A stretch of 64,000 nucleotides of DNA from an uncultured virus (IMG/VR IMGVR_UViG_3300047548_000593) (lineage: Duplodnaviria; Heunggongvirae; Uroviricota; Caudoviricetes): IMG/VR virus record IMGVR_UViG_3300047548_000593. One strand, written 5' to 3'. The notes under the pieces are model-generated. The model had not been told where the DNA came from, did no database searches, and worked only from the letters and a program-made list of their open reading frames with translations. Positions 46,876 through 55,861 of the stretch are shown here, piece after piece. Within the stretch, counting starts at the first letter, position 1; every line of letters starts with the position of its first letter. The translations under genes were made by a program, and so were the position numbers.

Positions 46876-46998
46876 AATAGAGCCTCCGGTGCTTCGTTAA
46901 TTTCTTGCTTCAATTTCTGTTTCTGACTTGGTTCTTTTAGCTTCATGAGTGCAAGACTATCTTCAGTTTGTGCATCATTAACAAAAGCAAAGGGCCAG

Positions 46999-47400
46999 TT
47001 AGACTTCAGAGCCATCTTTTCCTGATGGTTGTTCGTTTGATTCATAAGTGCCTTCTGTTTGGATTGGGTTCTTACGCATTGCTTCTCGCATTGGTTCGTC
47101 CATTCTAACAGAAACTTTGTTCACGTTGGGAACAATTTTGATTTGTTTTGAGCGCACATCAACGATACGTAGTGGTTTTCTTACAACACGAGAGATAGTG
47201 CCAATACCCTTTAGGTGAACATGCTTACCTTCTGCAACAAGCGTCTGCAAGTGCTTGAGCATATGTCCAACAACATCTTCAACTTCATACAGATGATACT
47301 TTGAAGATTTAGCTGTCATTTTCATAAGCTCTTTGGTAGTTAACCGTTCGGCTGTGTTTTCTGTGTTATTCACTTCTTGCTTGTCTGAGTCGGTGTGCAT
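46999..47400 (-). CDS. HU/IHF-like DNA-binding protein
   Basis: LTTKELMK...LVAEGKHVHLKGIGTI..V.RKP..I.DVRS. Confidence 0.7.
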   Translation of the reverse strand: MHTDSDKQEVNNTENTAERLTTKELMKMTAKSSKYHLYEVEDVVGHMLKHLQTLVAEGKHVHLKGIGTISRVVRKPLRIVDVRSKQIKIVPNVNKVSVRMDEPMREAMRKNPIQTEGTYESNEQPSGKDGSEV

Positions 47401-47603
47401 TTAAATACCTTTACAAAATCTGGTAACCAAAAAGAAACTTTATCTTCATAACGAGAACAAACTACGCCTTTGTCCAGTTTAGATAAAGCCATCATAATGT
47501 CGCTAGAAAATGGTAGCTTGAAATAATCAAGGCTATTTAATTCTGCAACTGGTTGTGGGAATTGACTGTCTTCCCAATCACGAATATCAATTTCACTTAA
47601 CAT
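47370..47603 (-). CDS. hypothetical protein
   Basis: Start MLSEID with RBS AGGAG. Confidence 0.6.
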   Translation of the reverse strand: MLSEIDIRDWEDSQFPQPVAELNSLDYFKLPFSSDIMMALSKLDKGVVCSRYEDKVSFWLPDFVKVFKCTPTQTSKK

Positions 47604-48261
47604 TGAAAATCTCCTGAATAGCTTCAGCAATCTTTTGTGCAAGAACAATATGCTCTAGCTGAGTGCCATTTGCACTACGAACTTCAATGTAGTGAATGAA
47701 AGATCGAATAGTCCCCTGAACATATAGCCGAGACATAGTATTGCCTTCTGGCAGTACTGCGCGAGCCTGCTCTTTAGCAATACCGTTTGCAATAGCAAAA
47801 GCATATGCTTCCTTGGCTGTTTCAATTACTCGGTTCTGCATATTCTCCCACATGGATTGAATAAACAGATTATCGGTAGGTACAGAGTTCTGACGATTTT
47901 TTGGATCTTGAAGACGAGCTTCACGAGTAACAAATGACAAATCCTTAGTAGGGTCTGCATATCGCTGGCTAAACTCTTGGAAAGTAAAGCTACGATGACG
48001 AAGCAATTGTCGTGCAATATCTCGTGTAGTCTCTACTTCAATCGTTACACTAGCCATTTCAAATGGACTAAAGTGCTTGTGCTTTAGCAGATAATTGATC
48101 AGCTTTTCAGAAGTTTCTGTATTGAACTGATTACTTGGATTAGAGACTCTTGCACAATAAGCAACTAGATCTTTGATGTTGTGAAAGTCATTCTTAAACT
48201 CTCCTGCTGGCTGTGAATATGCAACCAGCTTTGCCTTTGTGTAATTGTCAATTTGGTTCAT
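47593..48261 (-). CDS. thyX: flavin-dependent thymidylate synthase
   Basis: HFSPFE, RQLLRHRSFTFQEFSQRY and EQARAVLP motifs. Confidence 0.96.
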   Translation of the reverse strand: MNQIDNYTKAKLVAYSQPAGEFKNDFHNIKDLVAYCARVSNPSNQFNTETSEKLINYLLKHKHFSPFEMASVTIEVETTRDIARQLLRHRSFTFQEFSQRYADPTKDLSFVTREARLQDPKNRQNSVPTDNLFIQSMWENMQNRVIETAKEAYAFAIANGIAKEQARAVLPEGNTMSRLYVQGTIRSFIHYIEVRSANGTQLEHIVLAQKIAEAIQEIFNVK

Positions 48262-48836
48262 TAGTCTACCCTTTCTTTATGATGATCTGCGATGTAAATT
48301 TGCTTGTCCTTTAGTAGTTCAACGATTTCATGCTCGTCAAAGAACTTGTGTCTACCAAAGATATTATACGCGCTATCTAGCCCTACGTCAAGCATTTTTC
48401 CATGACTATCCCGATGATTTCCATGACAGTGCCCATGCAAATGTAACGAACCGTGTCCCTGCTTATGCCAGCTTGAAATCGGGAAGTGAAACAAAACAGC
48501 AGGAATCTCTTGAATATTGATCTCTTTGTATTCAAAGAAACCTGCAATATATCCATCGATATATAAACGATTCATGTATTGCCTATTGTCATGATTACCT
48601 TTGATCATAATGATCTGACCTTTTAGCTGGTTCAAAATACTACCGATCTCTTCGTAATTCTTAGAAAAGCAGAAATCTCCTAGATGATATACAGTATCAC
48701 CAGCAGAGACTTCTTTATTCCAAAGGTCAATTAACCAATTATCATGCTCTTGTTGAGATTTGCACTCAAGACCTCGATTAGTGAACTCGACAATTCGTTT
48801 GTGTCTAAAATGCAAGTCTGATGTAAAGATTTTCAT
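48261..48836 (-). CDS. calcineurin-like metallophosphoesterase
   Basis: SDLHFRH, HLGDF, GNHD and HLHGHCH motifs. Confidence 0.92.
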   Translation of the reverse strand: MKIFTSDLHFRHKRIVEFTNRGLECKSQQEHDNWLIDLWNKEVSAGDTVYHLGDFCFSKNYEEIGSILNQLKGQIIMIKGNHDNRQYMNRLYIDGYIAGFFEYKEINIQEIPAVLFHFPISSWHKQGHGSLHLHGHCHGNHRDSHGKMLDVGLDSAYNIFGRHKFFDEHEIVELLKDKQIYIADHHKERVD

Positions 48837-48872
48837 ATTTATTCCTTTCGTTTTGTCGGTACTTGTAGTTAA

Positions 48873-49058
48873 TTACCGACTCTTTGAAACGCCTTTGAGC
48901 TTTAGGTATTGTTCGTCATCAAGATCTCGTAAGCCTTGGCAAGGCTTCTCAGCGGCCCTTACAGACTCTCTATTGCCAAGTTTAACGAGTCCACAGCCCT
49001 TGCAATAGACGAACATACCTTTTGCATGAAGAACACCGTTGAAGTTGTGAGCTTTCAT
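48873..49058 (-). CDS. small Cys-containing protein
   Basis: H...CKGCG...C pattern; ATGA overlap. Confidence 0.6.
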   Translation of the reverse strand: MKAHNFNGVLHAKGMFVYCKGCGLVKLGNRESVRAAEKPCQGLRDLDDEQYLKLKGVSKSR

Positions 49059-49915
49059 TCAATGAATTCCAAAAATTTCCTTCGTTGCTGATCTGTAGCG
49101 TTGCTCCAAACATCTTGAGTATGATACTCAATAATCAGCTTTGGTGCAAACTTCCACATATCCGGCAATTGGTCTTCAATCGTTCGAATCTGATTGTACA
49201 TCAACTCTACGTTCTTTTTTGTCATACGCATCAGTTTTTTCTTTCCTGAGTAGTATGGTGTCTTAATTTTACAACAGTTGTCGTGCGCTCCAACAGGATA
49301 GACCATAAAGCCTTCGCCTTTGTCTTCATTTGCAATTTGCAATGCTTCACCTAGAGTGCAAACAATTGGTTTACCATTAGGATGAAACTTACCATTTGCT
49401 TTTTCACGCCAACCAAGTAGATGCAAACCTTGGCGCTCTTCTACGATATGAGGATCTTGCGGGACTACAACTTCAAATAAAGTAGTGGCTTCACAATCAA
49501 TCACCATATCGTAAAGTTTCCAGTCTTTCTCAATCAGCTCTTTGGCCCACTTTGCATAGTCTGATGTAGTGGTTCCTGTAGTCGATACAACAAGCTGACC
49601 ATTGTGAATTGTAGCACATGCCATATACCCATTGATCTTCTTGAACATCTCTACTTGAGCAGTTGCAGATACATTAGACCACCAGCCCTTTTCAAGATAG
49701 TTAAAAGACTTCTTTGGTGCCGCTTGAACAAGCTCGTGTGTAGCGTTTTCATACACATGTCCCCTGCACTCAAGAAGATCAGGAATGTCATACCATAGGT
49801 AATCGTACATTGCCTTCCTAGCGTACTTGAACGTAGTGTATACACCGTCATTCTTGTTGGTAGCTAGACCACGATTTACCAAAGTCATTTGGCGATCAAA
49901 GGAAAGTAGTGTCAT
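49055..49915 (-). CDS. RNA ligase 1 (T4 Rnl1-like)
   Basis: ECRG, KSFNYLE, motif I KKING, FEVV, EGFMV and KIKTPYY. Confidence 0.88.
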   Translation of the reverse strand: MTLLSFDRQMTLVNRGLATNKNDGVYTTFKYARKAMYDYLWYDIPDLLECRGHVYENATHELVQAAPKKSFNYLEKGWWSNVSATAQVEMFKKINGYMACATIHNGQLVVSTTGTTTSDYAKWAKELIEKDWKLYDMVIDCEATTLFEVVVPQDPHIVEERQGLHLLGWREKANGKFHPNGKPIVCTLGEALQIANEDKGEGFMVYPVGAHDNCCKIKTPYYSGKKKLMRMTKKNVELMYNQIRTIEDQLPDMWKFAPKLIIEYHTQDVWSNATDQQRRKFLEFIE

Positions 49916-49916
49916 A

Positions 49917-50351
49917 TTACAGCTTCACAGAGAATTTTTGTTTCATGCGTTCAATTTTGTCATCTGGTACAGAGTGAATGCTCTTATTGCCATGTCGATT
50001 TTCGACAATGAGAGAGACAACAACTGCATTGCACTCTTTGGCAATATCTTCGTATGTCTTTACTTCCCACTCTTGAACGGAAGTGTTTGAGACAGCTACA
50101 GTAAGACCAAGCTGTAGGCTTTCACGAACATCCTTCTGGCACTTCTGATGAGCTTTTTGTAGCTCTTGTGGATTGAATACATACCCTTCGTCTGTAACGA
50201 AATAATCATCAGCTTCAAAGAAGTCATCAATCATACCGGAACGATACATCTGCAATGCAAGTGTGCTCTTACCAGAACCGGGGATACCACGGATGATATA
50301 CAGGCATTTGAACCCGTTTAGTTCTTTGTCTTCTTTTGTTTCGAAACTCAT
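49917..50351 (-). CDS. P-loop polynucleotide kinase-like protein
   Basis: IRGIPGSGKST, EADDYF, VAVSNT and HSVP motifs. Confidence 0.85.
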   Translation of the reverse strand: MSFETKEDKELNGFKCLYIIRGIPGSGKSTLALQMYRSGMIDDFFEADDYFVTDEGYVFNPQELQKAHQKCQKDVRESLQLGLTVAVSNTSVQEWEVKTYEDIAKECNAVVVSLIVENRHGNKSIHSVPDDKIERMKQKFSVKL

Positions 50352-50361
50352 TTCAACTCCA

Positions 50362-50580
50362 TTACTTAATTGACCAGAGGATTAAACCACTCAAGTAGAT
50401 ACCAGCAGAAGCCGCCTCTACAAGAACCAGTGCCTTGTCTTTGTAGCCTAGACCGACAAGACACCAGAGTATACCGCCAAGCGCACCAAAAACAAGGTTT
50501 GCTGGATAAATATTAAAAGCTGTCAGTACCATACCAACAAGGTAACTTGTAGTGCCAACCCATCGCTGAATACTTTTCAT
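50362..50580 (-). CDS. small three-TM membrane protein
   Basis: Start MKSIQRW; three hydrophobic segments. Confidence 0.6.
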   Translation of the reverse strand: MKSIQRWVGTTSYLVGMVLTAFNIYPANLVFGALGGILWCLVGLGYKDKALVLVEAASAGIYLSGLILWSIK

Positions 50581-50581
50581 T

Positions 50582-51037
50582 TCAATGCCTGCTATGTTGA
50601 TGAAACGGTTGAACAAGAATACCACAGGAATTAAGAAGCTCAATCCCAGTGTTGTCTTTATACAACTGCTCATAAACTACCCGACTTACACCAGCTTGAA
50701 CTAGCATTGCACTGCACTGAATACAAGGACTAAGTGTAACATAGACTGTTGCACCAATACAACTGACTCCTTCTCTAGCTGCTTTCATGATGCAGTTCAG
50801 TTCAGCATGAATGACTTCTGGTTTTGTTACAAGGTCTGGATACAATCTACCGATATCATGAACCTTGTACTCACAGTCGTTAGGACGACCTACAGGCGTT
50901 CCATTGTAGCCAGTGAGGGTTACCCCTTGCTTTGTTACCAGAACGGCTCCTACCTTGGCTCTGATGGCCTTAGAAAGCCCTGCATGAAGCCTTGCTGTCT
51001 GCATATAGACACCATCAAGGTCTTGTTGTTTAGACAT
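50582..51037 (-). CDS. dCMP deaminase
   Basis: KVGAVLV, TGYNGTP, HAELN and TLSPCIQC motifs. Confidence 0.92.
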   Translation of the reverse strand: MSKQQDLDGVYMQTARLHAGLSKAIRAKVGAVLVTKQGVTLTGYNGTPVGRPNDCEYKVHDIGRLYPDLVTKPEVIHAELNCIMKAAREGVSCIGATVYVTLSPCIQCSAMLVQAGVSRVVYEQLYKDNTGIELLNSCGILVQPFHQHSRH

Positions 51038-51374
51038 TGCTGTACTCCTTAAAACCACTGTCATCTGTATATCTTACCAGCTTTACGCCAAAAGCCTTGA
51101 GCATCTTTTGGCAAGTTGGGCAAGGCATTGCGTTAGCCATAGAGCCATTGTTGTGAAAACGCTGAACCAGAATGCTATGGACATCCTTTGAACTTGAAGC
51201 AAGGATTGCTGATAGCTCGGCATGCTTATAGATCTTTTCCTCTGACTCTCCAGCTTGAACAGCAAAGTGCTTCATCAATGGATGACTGCGATGATACTCG
51301 TTTACACCAGTACCAAGCACCCTACCCTTCTTGTCAAAGCAGGTAGCAACAATCTGATAGCGTTTTCTCGTCAT
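51030..51374 (-). CDS. second zinc-dependent deaminase-fold protein
   Basis: HAELSAI and PCPTC motifs. Confidence 0.8.
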   Translation of the reverse strand: MTRKRYQIVATCFDKKGRVLGTGVNEYHRSHPLMKHFAVQAGESEEKIYKHAELSAILASSSKDVHSILVQRFHNNGSMANAMPCPTCQKMLKAFGVKLVRYTDDSGFKEYSNV

Positions 51375-51375
51375 A

Positions 51376-51792
51376 TTACAGGCTCTTCGTCTTTTTCAGT
51401 TTATGCTGAATTGTAGCATAGCGGTTGAGGAATTGCTTATACTTTCGATAAAAGGTCTTCATCTTGTTGAGTCGGTCAAAGGCAGGCTCTGTTGCTTTGT
51501 CATCTGGATTGCACTGCGACCAGACTTCACTCATCTGTTGTTTCATGATAACCTTGATTGTCTCTCCTTGACTCAGGATCTCTTTCAGCACAGATACAAC
51601 TACTTGGATGTCTGATTGAGAAAGAGCTAGATCTTCTCGTTCTAGTTGCTTCTCTAGCAGAACAGGAAACTGCACTGACTTACCTGCCTGAGCTGCTTCA
51701 CAACGTAGCCACACAGCCTTTGCTAGATCTCGATCACCTTCAGAGATACCTAGAGACTTTACAACAGCATCGAATTCACTTTTAAATTGCAT
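51376..51792 (-). CDS. hypothetical protein
   Basis: First gene after the promoter at 51834. Confidence 0.7.
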   Translation of the reverse strand: MQFKSEFDAVVKSLGISEGDRDLAKAVWLRCEAAQAGKSVQFPVLLEKQLEREDLALSQSDIQVVVSVLKEILSQGETIKVIMKQQMSEVWSQCNPDDKATEPAFDRLNKMKTFYRKYKQFLNRYATIQHKLKKTKSL

Positions 51793-52001
51793 GACAGACC
51801 TTTCCTTGGTTGGTTAAAAACAATTGAGCTTGTATTGTAGCACACTTTCTTGACTATACAATATAAGACTTTGTTTGTATCTTTAGGTATATATCTTAAG
51901 ATAGAAACTTAAGTATTATACTTATAGTTATATTCTGAAGTTAGATTCTGAAGTTGAGTTCCTTGTCGAGTTCCCCGTCAGCCCCCGTGCCCCCGTTCGG
52001 G

Positions 52002-52035
52002 ATTGTAGCCATTTGTCTTGTCCTTGTCAATACCC
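52002..52035 (-). promoter_or_regulatory. leftward promoter GGGTA-TTGACA-17-TACAAT
   Basis: Near-consensus; located at the strand switch. Confidence 0.8.
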
Positions 52036-52064
52036 CAAAGCAAGAAATTTTTAAAAAATTGCTG

Positions 52065-52093
52065 TTGCATTTCGATCAGAGATGTGCTATGCT
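52065..52093 (+). promoter_or_regulatory. rightward promoter TTGCAT-17-TATGCT
   Basis: Extended TG; upstream of the plus-strand operon. Confidence 0.65.
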
Positions 52094-52119
52094 CCTGAAA
52101 ACCTCAGAAAGGAGCCAAC

Positions 52120-52326
52120 ATGAGTCAATCAAATCAAGTCAATCCGTCAAGCAATTTCATGAAAAAGAGCAAGCCACAGCATGAGCGCAGAATTGTATGG
52201 CAAGAGGCATGCCCTCAAGGTGTTGTCGTAAAGAGCTTCACTTGCTATACAGAGCATGTTCAGTGGCATCTACAACAGATGCAGAAAAGTCCAGCAATCC
52301 TAGATGTAAAGGTCGAAAGAGCATGA
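52120..52326 (+). CDS. hypothetical protein
   Basis: RBS AAGGAG. Confidence 0.65.
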   Translation: MSQSNQVNPSSNFMKKSKPQHERRIVWQEACPQGVVVKSFTCYTEHVQWHLQQMQKSPAILDVKVERA

Positions 52327-52730
52327 AAGACATCATCATTCGAAATGCAATCATGACACCAGATGGCACATTCCTACGTAGCTATCATCGGCATGATTAC
52401 AAAGAGCATAAAGATGCTGTCACAAACGAGGTGTACGTTGTAGATGGAGGTAACGACTACCTGCGTAGATCTGTAAACGTAGTTGAAGCTACAGATATGA
52501 CGGTCTATCTTGACGATGATTTTCAGGCAGTACGCCAAGCGTTTGTATGGAAGTCTTATGGCAAGAACCTAGAGCACATGCCGAATGGTATCTACATTGC
52601 TCTTTGCGACATGGAAGACGAGCACATTTACAACATATTACAAACACAGCAGCACATCAAAGGCTCGTTTGTTGAAAAGTTGTTCAAAGATGAGTTAAAA
52701 TACAGACTAGAACATCAGCGATTTATTTGA
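52323..52730 (+). CDS. conserved phage protein
   Basis: NAIMTPDGT.L.S.HRHDY...VDGGNDYLRR; ATGA overlap start. Confidence 0.75.
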   Translation: MKDIIIRNAIMTPDGTFLRSYHRHDYKEHKDAVTNEVYVVDGGNDYLRRSVNVVEATDMTVYLDDDFQAVRQAFVWKSYGKNLEHMPNGIYIALCDMEDEHIYNILQTQQHIKGSFVEKLFKDELKYRLEHQRFI

Positions 52731-52739
52731 AAGGAACAA

Positions 52740-52976
52740 ATGAAATACGTAACTCCACATTTACCAGCATTTCCAACTGGCTCATGGGAATATGATGGAC
52801 AAGGTAATGTGCTACCTTATCAAGAACCCGGCATGTCTCTTCGAGATTATTTTGCCGCTAGAGCAATGCAGGGTCTTATTTCTAACGCAAATCCAGACGA
52901 TGGTTTTAACATGACTGGTATTTCGAATTGGGCATATAATATGGCTGATGCTATGCTAAAAGCGAGGGAAAAATGA
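52740..52976 (+). CDS. conserved phage protein
   Basis: PAFP...GMSLRDYFAARAMQG...AY.MADAMLKAR. Confidence 0.8.
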   Translation: MKYVTPHLPAFPTGSWEYDGQGNVLPYQEPGMSLRDYFAARAMQGLISNANPDDGFNMTGISNWAYNMADAMLKAREK

Positions 52977-53152
52977 AGATCTCAGATAACCTAGCCAGTA
53001 AGTTTGTGCGATGGTATAAAATTACTCATTGGGGATATGAGGACGATTGGCTTTTGTCTTATGAGGAAGGTCGATTTACTCATCCGGAAACACAAAGTAT
53101 GTTCGTAGCTTATAAAGCAGGTTACAACAGATTTAAAAAGGAGATTCTATGA
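52973..53152 (+). CDS. hypothetical protein (59 aa)
   Basis: MKISDNLASKFVRWY...; ATGA overlaps at both ends. Confidence 0.55.
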   Translation: MKISDNLASKFVRWYKITHWGYEDDWLLSYEEGRFTHPETQSMFVAYKAGYNRFKKEIL

Positions 53153-53649
53153 GTGAACTTGAGAAAGCAGCACGCATGGCGCTGGAGGCGATGGGATTGA
53201 TTGGCGCTGATCTTGTGTGTGATGCGGCGCACCACAAGAAAGCTGATAGACATGGGATTGGTGAACCGTGCCCAATACAAGCAAGATGGCATCACGCATT
53301 TGCCGCCCTGCGCCAAGCGCTCAGCGATAGCGTGGAGCAGCCAGCACAGCAGGAGCCGATTGCGTGGGTTGATTTGCTGAAAGAAGCAGAGCAGATCGTG
53401 CGCGGCAAATTCTTGTGGAAGAAGTTTATAGACGGCACTCCACTGGCAAACGACATCCCTTGTTGGATGGCTGACTTTGCACAGCAATACACCAACCCCC
53501 AACAAAAGCGTGAATGGGTGGGGCTGACGGACGAGGAGATTCACGACATCTACGATGAGGTTGCCCGTCGAGAGCCGTACAACATGGCAGTGACTCGCCG
53601 CAACATTGCCCGAGCCATCGAAGCTAATTTGAAAGAAAAAAATTCGTAA
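53149..53649 (+). CDS. hypothetical modular phage protein
   Basis: QQEPIAW and REWVGLTDEEI...ARAIEA.LKEKN modules. Confidence 0.7.
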   Translation: MSELEKAARMALEAMGLIGADLVCDAAHHKKADRHGIGEPCPIQARWHHAFAALRQALSDSVEQPAQQEPIAWVDLLKEAEQIVRGKFLWKKFIDGTPLANDIPCWMADFAQQYTNPQQKREWVGLTDEEIHDIYDEVARREPYNMAVTRRNIARAIEANLKEKNS

Positions 53650-53708
53650 TGTTTCCAGTTTTGTGTTATAATCTAGTTCATGCCGGAAACACCTTATAGG
53701 AGCAAAGA

Positions 53709-53885
53709 ATGAAAAATGTTCTTGATTTAATTGTTGAACTCCGAGGTGGAATCCCAGAGTCTTGCGATTTTTGTGATCAAGTTTTTACAGAAAGTAGACA
53801 ACCTGTTCCAGAAGAAGCTGGAGAATGGGCTTGTACAGAGTGCTTGACAAGATGGGAAAAAGAAGAACAAGGTGGTAAGACATGA
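53709..53885 (+). CDS. small zinc-finger protein
   Basis: CDFC...CTEC; RBS AGGAG. Confidence 0.55.
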   Translation: MKNVLDLIVELRGGIPESCDFCDQVFTESRQPVPEEAGEWACTECLTRWEKEEQGGKT

Positions 53886-54274
53886 TGTATCAATGTATGT
53901 ATTGTGGCCTTAGTTCTTCACATACAGCTATTGGTAGTGTATTACCTCAGTGCCAGTGCCGTTGGAATCAAAACAGTAAGGATATATCAATGAAACGAGA
54001 AGATACAATTCGTATGATTAAAGAAGCTGGAATAAGTACCGGAGGACACCCAATGAATCCTTTAAGTATCTATCCAAGTGATCTTGAACGATTCGCAGAA
54101 ATTGTCAGGAAAGACTATAGCTTTACTCATGCACAAATGTGGCTTAAGCGTTTTGATGATGCAATTAAAGCAGAGCGCGAAGAATGTGCTAAAGTATGCG
54201 AAAATGCAGATTTACTAATGAATAGTACTTTTCAAGGTGTAGCTGAAGCAATTAGAGCAAGGGGGCAGGAATGA
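53882..54274 (+). CDS. hypothetical protein
   Basis: LERFAEIV...AEREECAKVCE...AEAIRARG modules. Confidence 0.65.
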   Translation: MMYQCMYCGLSSSHTAIGSVLPQCQCRWNQNSKDISMKREDTIRMIKEAGISTGGHPMNPLSIYPSDLERFAEIVRKDYSFTHAQMWLKRFDDAIKAEREECAKVCENADLLMNSTFQGVAEAIRARGQE

Positions 54275-54489
54275 TCTATAATCCATTTAAGCCTCACATT
54301 GTTGAGCACAGTGACGGATACACTGTAAGAAGGTTTTTTATTTTCTCAGGCTGGGAATGTTTCGATAGAAATGCTACAATGTGGTGGTGTATGGAAGAGT
54401 ATTATCGAAAGTACTGTTGGCTGAAAACGCTAGACGAGGCAAAACAACTGTTGGCAAAAGCCAACAAAGGAAAGGTAGTGTACCAATGA
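54271..54489 (+). CDS. hypothetical protein
   Basis: ATGA overlaps. Confidence 0.6.
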   Translation: MIYNPFKPHIVEHSDGYTVRRFFIFSGWECFDRNATMWWCMEEYYRKYCWLKTLDEAKQLLAKANKGKVVYQ

Positions 54490-54836
54490 AACACCCAGAG
54501 ATTATCCACCGGCCAGATGTAGAGCTTGGAGAACCATCTTATGAAGTAGACGATCTTAAGTTTTACTGCACATGCGGTGCCTGTCCAGAGCAGTATGACG
54601 TCTACCGAAAAATTTCTGAAGAAAAATACGAAATGGTTTGCTATATCCGGCTGAGACATGGTAAACTAAGAGCAGACTTCCCAGATGTAGGTGGGATTCA
54701 GATCTATGAAGCCTACTGGGAAGATGATCCGTGTCTTGGAATTTTTCCATCAGAGGAAGAGAGAGAGTATCATTTGAACAACATCGCAAAAGAAATTGTA
54801 CAAGCTCTTGATGCGATTGCACTTAAGAAAGGATAA
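54486..54836 (+). CDS. conserved phage protein
   Basis: TCGACPEQYDVY...YIRLRHG motif. Confidence 0.7.
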   Translation: MKHPEIIHRPDVELGEPSYEVDDLKFYCTCGACPEQYDVYRKISEEKYEMVCYIRLRHGKLRADFPDVGGIQIYEAYWEDDPCLGIFPSEEEREYHLNNIAKEIVQALDAIALKKG

Positions 54837-54838
54837 TC

Positions 54839-55861
54839 ATGACAGAACGTTCAATGGCAACTATTCGTAAGATTGATTCAATCGATCCAATCGAAGGAGC
54901 AGATGCAATCGAAGTGGCTACCGTTGGTGGCTGGAAGGTTGTAGTAAAGAAGGGGGAATTCCAAGTAAATTCCCTTGCAGTGTATCTAGAGATTGACTCT
55001 TGGGTTCCAAACGAACTAGCACCATTCCTTACTTCAGCAGGTAAGGAGCCTCGTGAGTACAATGGTGTAAAAGGTGAACGCCTTCGTACTGTAAAGCTAC
55101 GTGGTCAAGTGTCACAAGGTCTGTTGCTTCCTATTGAGCCAACCTGCAAGAATATTGCAAGCGAACTGATTGAAGATCTTGACGTATCTTTTCCACTAAA
55201 CATTCAGAAATGGGAACGTCCAATTCCTGCTCAACTAGCTGGTAAGGTAAAAGGTAACTTTCCTTCGTTGGTTCCAAAGACCGATCAAGAACGTATCCAG
55301 AACCTAACAAAGCAATTTGAAAAACTACAAGAGCATCGTTGGGAAGTCACCGAAAAGCTCGATGGTTCATCTTGCACATTCTATCTTGACAATGAAGATC
55401 AATTTCATGTGTGCAGTCGTAACCTAGATCTAGAGCGAGACGAGAACAACTCTTTCTGGAAAGCAGCTATTAAGTATGACATTGAAAACAAACTTCGCCT
55501 GAATAAGTGCAAAGGTTTGGCTCTTCAAGGAGAGCTAGTCGGTGAAGGCATTCAGGGCAATCAGTACAAGACTGAGCTTGACTTCTATGTCTTTGACATC
55601 TATAATGTAAATATCCAGCAATACACGCTACCTGCTTCTCGGCAGTCTGCATGTAAGCTGTTGGGTCTAAAGCATGTCCCTATTCTGGAGATGGAATTTG
55701 ATATCTCTAAGATGCAGGTGCAAGATCTGCTTAAGATGGCTGAAGGCAAGAGCATTCTCAATGGATCAGAGCGAGAGGGCATTGTATTCAAGTCAACAAC
55801 AGATCAGCAAACTAGCTTTAAGGCTATTAGCAACAAATGGTTACTGAAAGGTGGTGATTGA
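54839..55861 (+). CDS. RNA ligase, DRB0094/Rnl5 family
   Basis: N-terminal OB domain PIEGADAIEVA...KLRGQVSQG; PKTDQERIQN; TEKLDGSS; EREGIVFK; SFKAISN. Confidence 0.92.
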   Translation: MTERSMATIRKIDSIDPIEGADAIEVATVGGWKVVVKKGEFQVNSLAVYLEIDSWVPNELAPFLTSAGKEPREYNGVKGERLRTVKLRGQVSQGLLLPIEPTCKNIASELIEDLDVSFPLNIQKWERPIPAQLAGKVKGNFPSLVPKTDQERIQNLTKQFEKLQEHRWEVTEKLDGSSCTFYLDNEDQFHVCSRNLDLERDENNSFWKAAIKYDIENKLRLNKCKGLALQGELVGEGIQGNQYKTELDFYVFDIYNVNIQQYTLPASRQSACKLLGLKHVPILEMEFDISKMQVQDLLKMAEGKSILNGSEREGIVFKSTTDQQTSFKAISNKWLLKGGD

